Shown here: positions 1-13,800 of the stretch, piece after piece | Numbering within the stretch: the stretch's first letter is position 1 | Layout of the letters: each line of letters starts with the position of its first letter | DNA from: Phallusia mammillata | Lineage: Eukaryota | Direction of reading: 5' to 3' | Assembly: GCA_965637545.1 (NCBI GenBank) | Contig: OZ281497.1 | Location: forward strand, 27,218,001 to 27,282,000 | DNA length: 64,000 bases | Notes under the pieces: model-generated | What the model saw: only the letters and a program-made list of their open reading frames with translations | Databases searched by the model: none | What the model was told of the DNA's origin: nothing | Position numbers and translations under genes: made by a program

Positions 1-229
1 ACATCGGCTAAAGCACATAAACACCAGATCACAAAGACGAATATGCATCCTAATTAACTGCTACAGGAAATGTTACAAAGTCCGAACATGATTTGTCAAT
101 ACAGTGGGTTTGGTTAGTATACATTTTAACTTCCCCGCAGCTTTAAGCAAGCGAGTCAAACACGAGCTACTTTGGCAAACAAACATTGCAAAGTTTGCAC
201 AAACTATGTCGCAACCGCTACAGAGGTGA

Positions 230-1090
230 AATTGTGAAGTTTGGTCAAATTATTTCAAGTGGCAAAATTGTCATTGTTTATTTGCTGGTACCTTAGATCT
301 GGGGTGTACTAGCTGTAACTGTATATGGTCCAAGGCTGCAAATTTGTGTCGTCATGTTCATTTGTTCAAATATATGTACAGCTGGGCATGCCGCGTGTAT
401 TGATAAAATCTCCTATGCTACGTATTTGACTTGTTAGCTAGACTGAAAGGTGATTTTGTGTAAACGGTTAAAATATTTTGTAAGTTACTGGTATGTTTCT
501 AGGCTGTTTATTCAGGTATTGTGGACACACTGGCAATCATTAGGAAAAAGAAAAGCTGTGATGCAGCTGGAGATAAAGAAAAGCTTACCCCTTGCCTTTA
601 AAACTAAAATGAGCAGAGTTTTATTGTTTATTTTCTGCAGGCAGATTCACATAATGAGCATGTAAAGCGATCTCTTGATTATGAAGATGCACATGATGGA
701 GAAGGTATCACAAAACTTTGTAGACCAGGAGTGTGCAACTTTGCAACATTACTGATAACCAAAATGCAATGAACATGATTATATCATAGGCCACACCTTT
801 TAGTAAATTTGCCTTTGTGCTCACCAATTATGCTTTTGTTCGAATAAGTTACTAACAGATACAATTAGCAATGCACCAGACAACCTGCTTTATACCATTC
901 ATCAATGAAAAACAGCTGAACCAAAGTTTTGAACTGTTTGATGACAGTAATGATGATTTTGATGATTTTTTATCTACACTTCCTGATTCTGTAATGAATG
1001 GAAGTCAGGTTGAGTAAAAACAGTTTTTGTTTAGTGTTTTGAATAGTGTTTGTAGTTTCTTGTTTTTTTGTTTTGTGTGCCAAACTTAAC
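230..1090 (+). pseudogene. Degenerate 5' fragment (copy 1) of the FBH1-like gene
   Basis: Colinear similarity to 44290-44362, 46845-47003 and 53390-53945, and to 18490-19065. Includes the exon reading LNQSFELFDDSNDDFDDFLSTLPDSVMNGSQ, which in copy 3 lies directly upstream of the F-box exon. Confidence 0.6.
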
Positions 1091-2159
1091 TGTGTGGTTA
1101 CAAACGTTTTGATCTGACTTTTTTATCCACATGATCTTTTGTTTGTGAAAAATAAAGCTAATTAGCTTTCGAGTTAAGATTTTTGCGTTATGTTATACCG
1201 AAGTGAGGTATTTTTACACAGAGGTACCTGCTGTTTTCGGTAAACGTGATATTATTTGGTGTTCACGAGATGTGTGTGGTTGGTGGTAATTGGCTGTTAG
1301 TCACGTGACGTTTTCCTGTCTTGACAATTATCGCCTGAGACTAGTTGTGTTGGTTTATTTAAAGTGAGGTGCTTGTGCGGCGCTCTTGCAGTTGCGGACA
1401 CTTTTCGGCTGGGATTGCCAACAGATCAAATCTAGAATATGCTACATACAAAATATAGTACTGTTTACTGTGTCAAACCACTCGTAATAAACCCTCGAAA
1501 CTAAACTATGGCCCTTAGCCGGATCTTGCTCTAGGCGTCATTTTATCCTGCCCGCGAAGGTATTTTGGGTTTAACAAAACGTAACTGTTCCAAGGTAATT
1601 TCTTAAAAGTTACGCAGTAAGCAGAATCTATTACTAATTTTACCTGGTCTAACATGATTACACAATGTAATCATTGCTTTGCATATTTCCTCTTGACTAA
1701 AAAAGATATGTATGAGGTGTATACGCACTACTGCGCTATTTGGATGTGGTTTATGTTAAGTTTTACAAAAAGCTGGTTATATGGTGTCCTAAACATAAGT
1801 ATTCCATTGAAGGCACTCTATATGTGCTATAAATTGGCCTAAAAGTTTAACGATTACAAGAACATTATAATTTGTCCATGTTTAATCTTATTTAGAAAGT
1901 AATTTAAACAGGTTTGTAAACGTAGTTAACAAACATACACATTCAACGTACATAACGCATTATCTCGAGCTATTTAGGCCTTGTGGAAGTTATTTCAAAC
2001 GTTAAGCTTCATCTGTAAACAAATAAAGTGGTATATGTTCCATAACACAACACAGAATCAGTGTACGCGAATTGTCGAAAGCTACACTAAGTGACGTATT
2101 ACCGTGTCAGTTGCCTGAGTAAGCCTTAGTTTCCTGTTTGTTTTGTGTTTTCAAACCTA

Positions 2160-3940
2160 GCTTGAAAAACTTTGCTCATAAGTTTCTTATCCATATGATT
2201 TACTGTCTTTGAGAAATGTAGCTTATAAGCTTTCTATTACTTACTGTCTAATTGTGACATACTAAACTATTCGTTTCTAAACGTTTGGTAGGAAAAGCGT
2301 CTCACAGTTACAGTTACAACACGGGTATTAATGCGGCAGTTGTCTGACAGTTACATCCTGAGTGTTGATGCGGTTGTTCAGTTTTGATTCTCAATGTGTC
2401 GAAGCTGGTGTTAGAGTATGGAGTTGCGCGTTTGTGATCTTAAAAACTAAAAGCTGTGTAAATTTGACCTTTCTGTGTCATCTTTTATTACGGATTAAGG
2501 TATGTACATGTCACAGAAATTTGTAGAAAGCTTTCTGTTTCAGCTATTTAAAACTTCGTTCCGACATTCTGTACTGTATTAATTATCCCCAACTCCTTGC
2601 ATAAGTGGCCGCTTGGCTTTATTCCGCAAAATAGGCGTTATAAATGTGAAATAAACTAATTGCGTTTCAAAATTTAAAAACAAAACAGAGAGCGCAGCAA
2701 TCTCACAGGGTGACGCACTTTTGTTTTTCGCATCAAACTGTTTTTGACATATTCTTGTAAAGGTGTAAAGCAATGTATACGATTAAGATAGTGTCAATAA
2801 GCAATTGTTTAAGATCAGACCACAGCAAAACTAAACAAATAAAAATGATTGCAAACGGTCTCTCATGTTTTGTTTATCACTGAGAGCAAGACAAATAACG
2901 CCATTGGCTGATAAACAACAAATGTTGAACTAGGTCAACCATACGTTCTCTTTTTAGATGACATGTCCTCCTTTTTAACTAAAAACAAGTTGTCCCCAAA
3001 AGACTATAAAAAATGCCCAAATGTCCTCCTTTTTAAAATTTCTGTAATGACTACTAAGTCTAAATAACAATTGTTTCTTTAAAAACGGCCAAAGAGGGTG
3101 GGTTGTGGTCATTGTTAACTCTAATTAACAATTTATAGTAAGTCAAACATCATCCAAATTGGACTATAATAATTGAAATTTGTCAAATATCGCGTGCCTT
3201 CATTTTTTTGGGCACAAAGGTAATTGTTAATATTCTTTTTCAGAGATGTGTCATCCTTTTCGGTGATGAAAATATGGTAGGCCTAGTTGAACAGAAGCCC
3301 AAACGTTAAATCGAAATCTCATTGATAAAATTACATACATGTGTGTTGCGTTGCATAGATTTGCTTGGGAGAAAGTTCTCACCAAGCATTGAGATAACTA
3401 AAGCCACCGCAAAGCTTGTGTCACTGTGTTATGTGTCAACAATGCGGTTTCCTACCCACGTATTCAGGTATCTGATTGTTGCGGTGAGACTTAGTTTCCG
3501 GTTAGTGATCTCATCTAACTGTTATGATTCGTTACCATGCGACTGGAAGGCATGGTTTGTTGTTATTTTGAAACAAGTTTACCATGTCCTGAAGATATGC
3601 TGCTACCTTATAATGTTATCGCGAAAACAATGATAATATAATACGGTGTGCTGTTGGTTGTTTTGCTAGATATTGTACGTATTTTTTGATACCCTAAAGC
3701 AGGGGTTTCCCAGCTTTTTACGATCTCGTACCACTTGGACGCTCTGCACTGCTACGCTTACCACTTCTTGCACAACAACTAATTTGATGCAATCACGGCT
3801 GCTTGAAAACTTTGCTTATAAATTCTTTATCCACATGATTTGCTATTTGTGAAAATAGTAGCTGACAAGCTTTCCATTGTATACTGTCTAATTTGCAGCC
3901 ACAAAACTATGCGCTTCGTTTGGTTCAGTAGGAAAGCGTA
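2160..3940 (+). repeat. Diverged ~140-bp local direct repeat upstream of the NLR (2160-2300, 3800-3940, partial copy at 1115-1175)
   Basis: Shared core CTTGAAAA(A)CTTTGCT...TTATCCA(C/T)ATGATTT...AGCTTTC...TACTGTCTAATT. Confidence 0.55.
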
Positions 3941-4210
3941 AAACTGTGAAGCCCAAGCTTTACTGGGGTCTTTGGCAATTTCAATAGTATTATATTGTCA
4001 ATGCATATCCCATTCAACGCCAGGAAAGATCCATAGAGATATTAGTGCTTGGGCTGTCCAAAATTGGTTTGCTACTCATCTATAATGAAATACAAGTCAT
4101 ACCTCTTGAATATTTGATTTTATTTGCAGAAGTAACATGTCAAATCTTCACAAAATGCAGGTTTTGTCATTAGGTTTAATAATTTTGTGTTTGTAAGCGT
4201 TTTAAAAAAC

Positions 4211-4885
4211 ATGGAAAACCAAACTCGAAATGAAAATTCTGATTCAACTGTTGCCCAAAGTTCACGTGACCGTCCAACCTTGACACAAGAATCAGGTGAC
4301 TGTAAACTTCAAACAAGACTGCCACAAGGTTCGCCACAATCTGGTGAAGTTTTCCCTTTACCCGAAACATCAAGAGATGCTGTACCCCAACCACATCCAG
4401 CTCCACAGTGCACAGTCGATCAAGAGAACAAAGTTATAAATATTGTAGGTAATAAGAGCGACAGAGTTTGTGTATAATTTAAACGTGGTTCTATGTTTTG
4501 CAGGATAAAGCAGAGGCGCCACAGTTTGGAGACACAATCACTCACACAACTGGACCAGTTTTCAACGCACCAGTAGAACTTCATCAACATTTTTACTCCA
4601 TACAAACGCAACAAACATACGAACAACCTAACACCTCAACACAACCAGCTGCATCAGTTGGTATGGAGAAAGAAACCTTGCCAAAGTCATTTGATGAAAC
4701 CCCGCCCACATCGCATCAACCACATACATGCCGTATGCAGGCGACGACATCATCTCTGGATGCAGAACCAGAAACCCTTGACCCTACAGCAACACAACCT
4801 AGGACAGCGGCAAGGCAATCTACAGCAGCCAATGGTTTACCAAATAAAAATCAGCAAACAACACAAGCTCCTGAAAATGAAAAAT
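4211..4885 (+). CDS. NLR exons 1-2: Ser/Thr/Gln/Pro-rich N-terminal region with a RHIM-like motif
   Basis: ATG at 4211. A 59-bp phase-0 intron 4445-4503 (GTAGGT...TTGCAG) joins KVINI to DKAEAPQFGD. No death-fold pattern is visible. Confidence 0.65.
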
Positions 4886-7800
4886 GTGAGGACAGGTTTT
4901 GTTTGGTATCTGTTAAAATACAAAATTAGTAAATCTACTACCGAATAAAATTACTTAGTTTAAACTGGCGTATTGCTACTCACTCGTGTTATACAGAAAG
5001 TATCTTGTTTAGGTGAACAACTGAAATCTCTACTAAAGAGAGAAGTCAAAGCCATCGCCAGTGAAGAATCGACGCTAGCTGAGTTTTTAGATCGAGCCAT
5101 TGAACCCGTCCCCATTGCCATGGTCAACAAACCACAACAAATTGACGACGAGTTTCTTGCAGAAGGACATTATCACCGCAGACAGGAACTTTACAAAACA
5201 CCAGAAAGTGATATTACCAGTGACGAACTGTTCGTTTGTGCAAAACAGATTGCACAACAAGAGGCTGAGAAGAAATTCAATGCGCATAAAATAGAAGCAA
5301 AACAAAACTACATTGAAAAACATGGAAATGTAGTTGGTGTGGTTGGACAAGCTGGAATAGGAAAAACAACTTCAGCCAAAAAGTGGGCACTTCAAGCATT
5401 AGATGGACAATTGTGTGGAAGAGTATCAGTTTTCTTTTACATTGTAATCAGGCTCATCGACTTTCAGACTAAGATGACGTTACTCCAATTTCTGATTTCT
5501 ACTATGTTATCTGATTGGAACTGCACACCTGACGAGGCAACCATGATAATTACTGTCATTTGCAATGACCCTGATGTTTTGATCATTTTCGATGGTTTAG
5601 ATGAGCATCCATTACATCTTTTTCCGATTCAGTTTCAAAACCAGTATTGCATGGAAAAAGTACTGCAGAAAGTTACTTGAAGCATTTAGCGGGAGGAAAC
5701 TTGCTTCCACATGCACGGAAGATTTTTACATCACGACCAGCTCAACTATATAAGCTCCATCCTTCATACCGACCCAAGTTTGTAGTCCAGATACTTGGTT
5801 TAACTCCAACATCACAGAATGAACTCGGACGTCAGCTTTGTGGCGAAAAATACAATGAGATACATCAAAAACTGACCCAAAACCATAATATATTTGCGTA
5901 CTGTTATGTTCCCGTAAATTTCATATTGACACTCAACTACCTATTGAATTACGATGGAGATATTCAGTTCGTTTCACTCACACGAGTTTTTGCTTTTACT
6001 TGTTGCCAATATGTAACAACAGATCATCTTAAGGGCCAAGAATGCGAATTCGACAAACTTGCCAAAATGGCCTGGGATGCATTTCTCAAAGGCAAATTGG
6101 TGTTTAAGGACAAGAACTTTAAACAAGCAGGAATTAAACCTTCCACAGCTGACGCCTTCCTTACCACATCAGTAACAAAGCAAGTGAATCTAAAGCTGAC
6201 GATATTAGACGGACACAAAGTAAGATACTTTTCTCACCTCACCTGGCAGGAGTTTTTTGCCGCTTTCTACCTGATGATGATCATGCCCTTCAAGGAATTT
6301 CAGAAGCAACTGAAACAACTAACCGAAGACAAATGGGAAGTTGTTTCCAAGTTTGTATTCGGAATTTGCGATTCTTCGGTTTTCAATAGTCTTAAAAACC
6401 TTGTGGATGCGAGTTCAAGTGAAGATTGGTCACAAAAGAAAATTAGGCTCACCGAATTCTTGACTGGAATGAACAGAACAAATATGAAGCGTGTGTGTAG
6501 CTGGGCTCATGAGTCAAATGATCCAGATATTACTTCTCTACTTCCTCATGAACTCAACTTGGGAAGTTTATCTATTTTTCCTGACGACGTCGAAAACCTT
6601 TCCTTTGTGCTTCAAAACAGAGAGATCCCGGTATTAATGTGGTTTAAATTCTGCTTGCCAGGACAACGTTTATATTGAAAAAGTTAACAACATGATTTTG
6701 AGGATATTGTAAAAGTTAACAACATGATTTTGTTCAAACAAAATCAATATGAATATCTGGTTAATTTTAATGTTTAAATAAGAAGTATTTGTAAATAATT
6801 ACTGAAAATATGCAAAAACAATTTTCGGCAATTGCTAATGAGGCAATTTCTCTAATTGTTCGTTTTGTTGTGACGAAAAAATAACGAGTGAAGTCACAGG
6901 TTTCTGTGTTAGGATTTAGTTACAGTAATTTCTTGAAACATTGAAAGCTTTTTTTCTTGGCAGCTTGCGGCACTATTAGTTATATCCAGTATGTAAACAC
7001 GTGCCACTGTCAGTAAATAAAGTGTGGCATTTCAGAATGCGAAACTAAGTACTACTTTGACATGCGGTTAATATGATTCTCATGCTTTATTTTAAGGAGT
7101 AAGTAAAGCTATTTTGTATGTAATGCAGGACCTTATGAACAGCTTATGTTGGCATTAAAACACAAAATATTTTGCTATAGTAACAAAATATTTCTCCTCC
7201 CAAGTTTTACCATGTTTTTCAATTCATCGACTTAAAATGTCGAACAATATTGCATAAAGGATGCACATGCAAGTTTTGACTTGTGGTGATGCGTTTTATT
7301 TAAATAATGCGACTTGCCTAATAGAATGTCAGCTGTGACTTGTTACTCGTTACAAATTATTTGAAAGATAAATGGAAGCACCTATTGCTAAGGTCAGAAA
7401 AGTTCACTGTGGTGTTTATTATCTTTGTATGTTTCGTTATGTGTTAACATCTGCTTTTTTTCATCAGCTGAAGAAACTCAACCTCTCCGACAACAAGATC
7501 GGTGATCTGGGTGCATCTTCGTTGTCCCGTTGCCTTCACAAAATCGAAAAGCTTGTGCTACGTGGATGTGACATCGGAAGTGAAGGAGTCAGACAACTCT
7601 GCGATTCTGTACTTCAATTAAAAACGCCTGTAAGTAACTTATCCTACGTATGTGAAAAATTTCAAGAAAAAGTTGGTTACAATTTTGAGTGATTGCGTGG
7701 GTCATACAGGATTCTCATATAGGAAAGACTGCCATTGTTTTCTTATTTTTATGTATATTTACGCAGTGACTCACATGCGTAATCGAACATCTACTTGTGA

Positions 7801-10800
7801 TGCTGGTCAAAGTCTATATAAAATAGAAGTTGGCCAATTATTACCGGAAAAAGCGTATGAAGCGATGTTGTTTCCAAAATAATACTGCGGCTATTGGCGG
7901 AAAAACACATTTATTCTGATTTTTTTACAAACTGGAGAGCTTAAACGCGAATTTGATTCGCCATATTGAATAAAAAACTTAAATGGGTTTTGACATTTAA
8001 TCGTAATATTGCAAGCAATGGAAAAAATTAATCCTGATCAGAATTGAGTCGTTTTTGTTTCGGCCCTCCAACATAATTTTTTTTGAGTGGCTTCTTTCCA
8101 ACATTAATTACCCACCCCTGGTTTATAGGAATATTTAGAAACTTAACCTGCATTATTCTAACAAACGTCACATTTGTTGATTTCTAACATTGACTTTGTG
8201 GCGAATTGACATTGTGGCGAATTGACATGTTTTATTTTGCTTTAAACATCAGCTGAAGAACCTCGACCTTTCCTGGAACAAGATCGGTGACATGGGTGCA
8301 TCTTTTTTGGCTCGTTGCCATCACAATATCGAAAAGCTGGATCTGAGGTGGTGTGACATCGGAAGTGAAGGAGTGAGACAACTCTGGAATTCTGTACTGC
8401 AACTGGAAACACCTGTGAGAAATTTTTATTCATGCACGTGAACAACTATATAGAATATTTTACTTGCCAGTTTCAGTGATTACGTGGGTCAGAGTACATG
8501 ATGCTAGAAAGCTTACGCATCAAATTTCCGCTGATGACAGCATTATAATCATCTTCTATAATGCTTACATTTAGAATAACCTTTTATCGTTATCAGCGGT
8601 AGCCTACATTTTGCCTCTTTCCACTTTATTTGACTGCAAAAAAGCACTTCACACCATAAAGATCGCGTTTGTCTTCCTAATCACGGATAAACATAACATT
8701 ACAAATCAAGTAGTACATTAGACAAAGTGGAAGAATTGCTTCATAATTTGCGCAAACCTTTTAGGCGCCACACGAACACAAGAAATTGGACCTGTATTAA
8801 ACAAAATAACCATTGACTTAATAACTAAGCACCGGTTTTTAGTACTGCGACTAAACAAACATTTCCACATTGCTCAACATACTTCTGAAGGAGCAAAAAA
8901 TAAATACAAAATCTATCTTCGACCACGAATGACTTCAGGTCCTTAAACGCATTGCGCGCACTACAGGAAAGGCTTAAATGAAAAATTATACATATTCATT
9001 TAACTCTTTCAAAAAAATCATTTAAAATTTTCTAACAAAACATTACCTCAAGCTTTGTTTTGCTGAGGTCTACAGACAGCATATACCTTAAATAAGGTAC
9101 CGTGTATGACGTAACTAACCGTGTGTTGACACTTTGCGTGCGTTATATCAATGCATGAAAAGCAAAAAGCAATTAACACCAACAGTAGTTACACAAAACA
9201 GAACAGGAAAACAGACGGGGTGCTTTGATTCATGCTGCCAGGCGAATGGGAAAAAATATTACTGAAAAATATCATCCCAAAGAACATTAAGTAAAAAAAA
9301 AACAATGTAAACTGTAAAATAGAACAAAGATCCACCACATACGCGTGATTTTAATTTGATTACATGATATGTGTTCCATCAATTAAGCTGTTTAACAAAT
9401 ATTGCTCTTCTAGAAAACTTTTACTGTTGAATAAATTTCGACGTCCATACGGGTTTTCTGACTCTTCACTGCTCACATGATTATGAAACAACATATGCGA
9501 CATGACGTTGCATGTAACATTACAAAACTTCTGTTCAAAGTTTACTTAGAATAGCTATTTAAACATTGTCCAGAAAATTAGCACATTCCTTGTCAGACCC
9601 AAACAAACGTAATTTCGCAACAAATGTGTACCGAACCAAGTGTCCACCATTGTTATGTTATATCATCATTTCTTGTTATACAATTGGGTAAGCTTTCAAG
9701 TGCTACATAAATGCAAGAGCATGAACATGTACGAATGTGAAAAATCAACATCAGTATTTACAGCAGACCTGGGAAGTTTACGGTTGGCTGTACCTGTTTC
9801 GCCCGCGTGAGCTCAAGTAAATTAAAACCTAAATAAACTGAAGGCGTACTTATTATGTGCACGAAATACGGCATTGTTGCTTTTATTTTGGAAAGGCTGC
9901 CATTGTTTGCTTATTTTTGTATATATTTACGTAGTGACTTACATGCGTAAGCGAGCAGCTGCATGTGATGCTGGTCAAAGTCTATATAAAACACAAGTTG
10001 TCCAACCCATCGTTACGCGATAAAGCGGATATAGAAGGAAAAACACATTTATGGTTTGACTTTTACAAACTGGAGAGCTTAAACGCGAATATGACTGGCT
10101 ATTTTGAATAAAAATTTCGGGTTTTGACATTTCAGCGTAATATTGCAAGCAATGAAGAAAATTATTCCTGGGCAGAATTGAGTTCAAGTTATTGTTGCTT
10201 CGGCCCTCCAACACAAGTTAGTCTTTTAGGTGGCTCCTTTCAAATATCAATTGGCAACCCCTGGTTTATAGGAGTAGATAGAAACTTTGCATGCATTAAT
10301 ATAACACACTTCACATTGTTGATTTTACACGTTTGCTATGTTACGAATTGAGATGTGATATTTTGTTTAAACATCAGCTGAAGAAACTCAACCTCTCCTC
10401 GAACAAGTTTGGTGATGTGGGTGCAGAATCATTGGCTCGTTGTCTTTACAATATCGAAATGCTGGAGCTGAGGGGATGTGAGATCGGAAGCGAAGGAGTG
10501 AGACTGCTCTGCGATTCTGTACTGCAACTGGAAAAACCTGTAAGAAATTTTTACTCGTGCACGTGAACAATTTTAAAAAATATATTTAGTTTGCCATTTT
10601 CTGTGAATACTTTGGTTAGAGTACTTTGATACCATATAGCAGGGGTGGCCAAACTGCGGCTCCCGAGCCGCATGTGGCTCTTTGAGCCTTCGATTGCGGC
10701 TCTTTAATGTTGCACATGCAATAATTGCAAAGTTTAGCCAGAAAACGTTGTAAGAAATAACTGCAAAAAAGAAAGGAAACAAACACTTTCCCATCATCTC

Positions 10801-13800
10801 AGCCTAATTTCAAACACCTTGCAGCCCAGGTGGAGACACACAGTATCACCACACAACAATTATCAATATTTGATAGCGTAGACTTCATTCCGAGTGAATA
10901 AATTCGTTTTTGTTTTTCTTTGCGTTGCGGCTCTTTTAAGTTTATCCGTCATCAGAATAGACAAACGCGATCTTTATGGTGTAAATGTGTGTTTTTGCAC
11001 TTTCGACAAATAAATTAGAAAGGAACAAAATCTACGCATTTGCAGAAGAAAAATGTAAGCATTGCAGAAGATGATTATAATCCTGTTATAAGCGAAAAAA
11101 ATTAATGTTTATTTCAAACTTAACATTAAGGCGTATCCTATATGGCAGGGTTGGCCAGACCTGCTTCATGCTCGAGCCGCATCTCACAAAACTTAGTTTT
11201 AACATCACAAGTTAAGCAGTCACTTTACTTCTGGTTTCATTCGTTTTCAGTCGTAAGCTAATTATACTTTAAGGCATAGGCTTAGATAGGAGTGATTATG
11301 AGTCAATATGCTGCAGTCAAGAAATGTCAGTAAATGTTTTACCACACATTGTCGGATTGGGTCACCTTGCATGTATCAAACGAGCAACTTAATAATAAAC
11401 ATCAAGCGACTTAAAAAAAAAAGCAAAACTGCATTAGCAACATCACAGTTGACCCCAGGTCGTTGAATTCTATTTGCTTTGCCAATACGCAAGTGTTGTG
11501 ACATCGCATTTCAGGCTAGATTAAATTCCAAGCGGGATGCAATCAAAAACATTTAACGACTACATTTTGTTTACACTTTGTTCTAACATTTAGTAATTTT
11601 TTTACACTAATCAACGATAAAAAAGAGCATTATATTATCACTGCATGCGCAACTTTAGTTTCCTCTTCGGAGGATTTTGCTTTATTTTACACTGTGAAAA
11701 ATGCTATACAATGTCATGTAGCAGCCCTTAAGTTGTTTTATCTATCGACGAAAATAATGCTGATGTACCTGTAACACTTTTTATTGTTCTGCCCATATGT
11801 TTTAATAATTTTTGGTCATCTTCCATGAAGGGGATACATATTGTTTTAGTCGATATTTTTTTTCTTTTTTTGTCTGACGCAAATTTATTTGTTTAAATTT
11901 TAAATTTATTTAAATTTGGACAGATGTTAGTTTTTAGTCCGAGTTTGATCCTTTTGAAGTTTGACCCCGAATGACTCAACTATTCACCCATTTGCAATGT
12001 AAGGCTTTCTAAAGAATTTTGTAACTTTTAATAGGATTCACCCATTCACCCTTGTGTCCAAAATAGGATTTTTTTACCATTTTTGATTTCTTTTCAACTA
12101 AGTGTTTTTCATGATTGTTAGGAAGTGGGTTTACACAGAATTAAACCAGGAGTTGGCAATTAATTGGTTCCGGAATCACTGTAAAAGGGCCGGTTTCAAG
12201 GGCATTATCGTAAAATTTGCTGCAAATTTGAAACTGGTATTGCCTTGCGTAATTGACTGCTACGTTTGTCAAACGAAGGTCCGCAAATTGACCCCGATTG
12301 GACCCCCTAAAGCCGAGCATTGCTCCTCTTTGTAACATAAGAAATGCTGTTGTTCGTGCACGATCTAATGTCTCATTACGTTTTGCGGGTACGCTAAAAG
12401 TGAAACAGACAATCGGAAGCTCCTTCACAGTATCGCACTCGTACTCTGATCAGCAATAAATTGGTTTATTACACTTCAGTCATCCCTTATTCAAAATGAA
12501 TGGTAATACAAGAAAAATGATTACTTACAGACACAGTAAACGATTGTAAGTTAAAATATTATATCAAATTACATTTGTGGACGAAAACAAAAGAAACTAG
12601 AATAGGGGTTTTCTTATATATTGCCAGTTTATATATACTACATCATATTTAACAATGTATCACATATACCATTTACCATATTTATATTTGTCACCCACAT
12701 TTCATTGCGTCCCTATCTTTTTCTTGAGCACTTAATATATTTGTTTAACATATTTGTTTCTACAAGCATAATCTAATGGGTCCCCACACATGTGCATATG
12801 CGATTGGAAACAGACAACATAGGACACAATCATTGTTAAACTGGAATAGTGCGTCGATTTTTCGCGGTTTCATTTCTGTCAGCGATCATTGTCTCGCCGC
12901 CTGCGAATGTTTTTCGATAAAGATATGGCGCCGATCGCGACAGGAGGGGCCTGTCGTTAACCGCAAACAGACGCAAAATTGCGCGATACAATTCAATTGC
13001 ATAACTAACGTTTTTAAGTGATCTACAAACATATCTTAATTGCACAGTGTAAAAAGACTATCTGATAGCACGCCCAGTTATGTGAGAGGCCGAAATATTT
13101 GCTTTCAGTAGCCAGGTTTGCGCTTTTCGCGTCCAATTGCTATTTTTTCAATATTGATTTGCGTGTTGTTTTCACGAGGTGGACAATGGATGAGTCCAAC
13201 TATTTAAACTTTTAACAAAGTTTCAACATTAATAGCCCTTTGTTTGTTGAATTATGATTTTTAATCCGCATATAGCGTTCCCAACAGTACGATTGCTTAG
13301 CTGGGCTTTTTATGTCCAAAACCTGTTCTGAAACAGTTTTATGAACGCTTTCAGTTTGAGAAGTCACGTTACACAGGTGTAACAAATCGTGCTGCGTTGT
13401 CGCTCTGCGTATATTTTTCACAAATGAGTTGACCTACATTACCTTTTACAGCGCAGTATGACTAACATCATAACATCTTAGTTCAAACCGGTGAGAAAAT
13501 GGTCGACTGTGTTTATGCGTGAAGCAGAGGCATGTTTTTTCCATGCGCCACTATCCTTAATCACTCCCATAGCGTCAGCTGTGTACCGAGCGAGCACAAA
13601 TTTGACAAAAGACAGCATGTAAAAACATATTTGGGGCTGTAAGAGTAATTACTGAGTCGATTGCACTGAAATTTTTAACAGCCAACAAGGAGCACCCTAT
13701 CCACAGCTTTTTAAAGTTACAGCAGGTTAAGTCTTGTATTTCTGACCTCATTAACATGTGAACAAACAAACAAATATTTGGGAGTAGAGGGTTGAAAATG

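Noticed and set aside
450-665. ORFs at 450-665, 18666-18878 and 53325-53576 with shared text (RVLLF.FC.Q)
   Set aside because: They span intron/exon boundaries of duplicated FBH1-like fragments and are not independent small genes.
1190-1435. Possible solo LTR or promoter-like GC-richer patch
   Set aside because: No convincing TG...CA pair with a TSD and no second copy in the window.
6964-7099. Possible extra NLR exon (TTGGCAG acceptor, GTAAGT donor)
   Set aside because: It has a stop in the required frame, its length is not a multiple of three, and it has no LRR pattern.
12102-13045. Short ORFs in the long NLR intron, possibly a transposase fragment
   Set aside because: No recognisable catalytic or DNA-binding motif.
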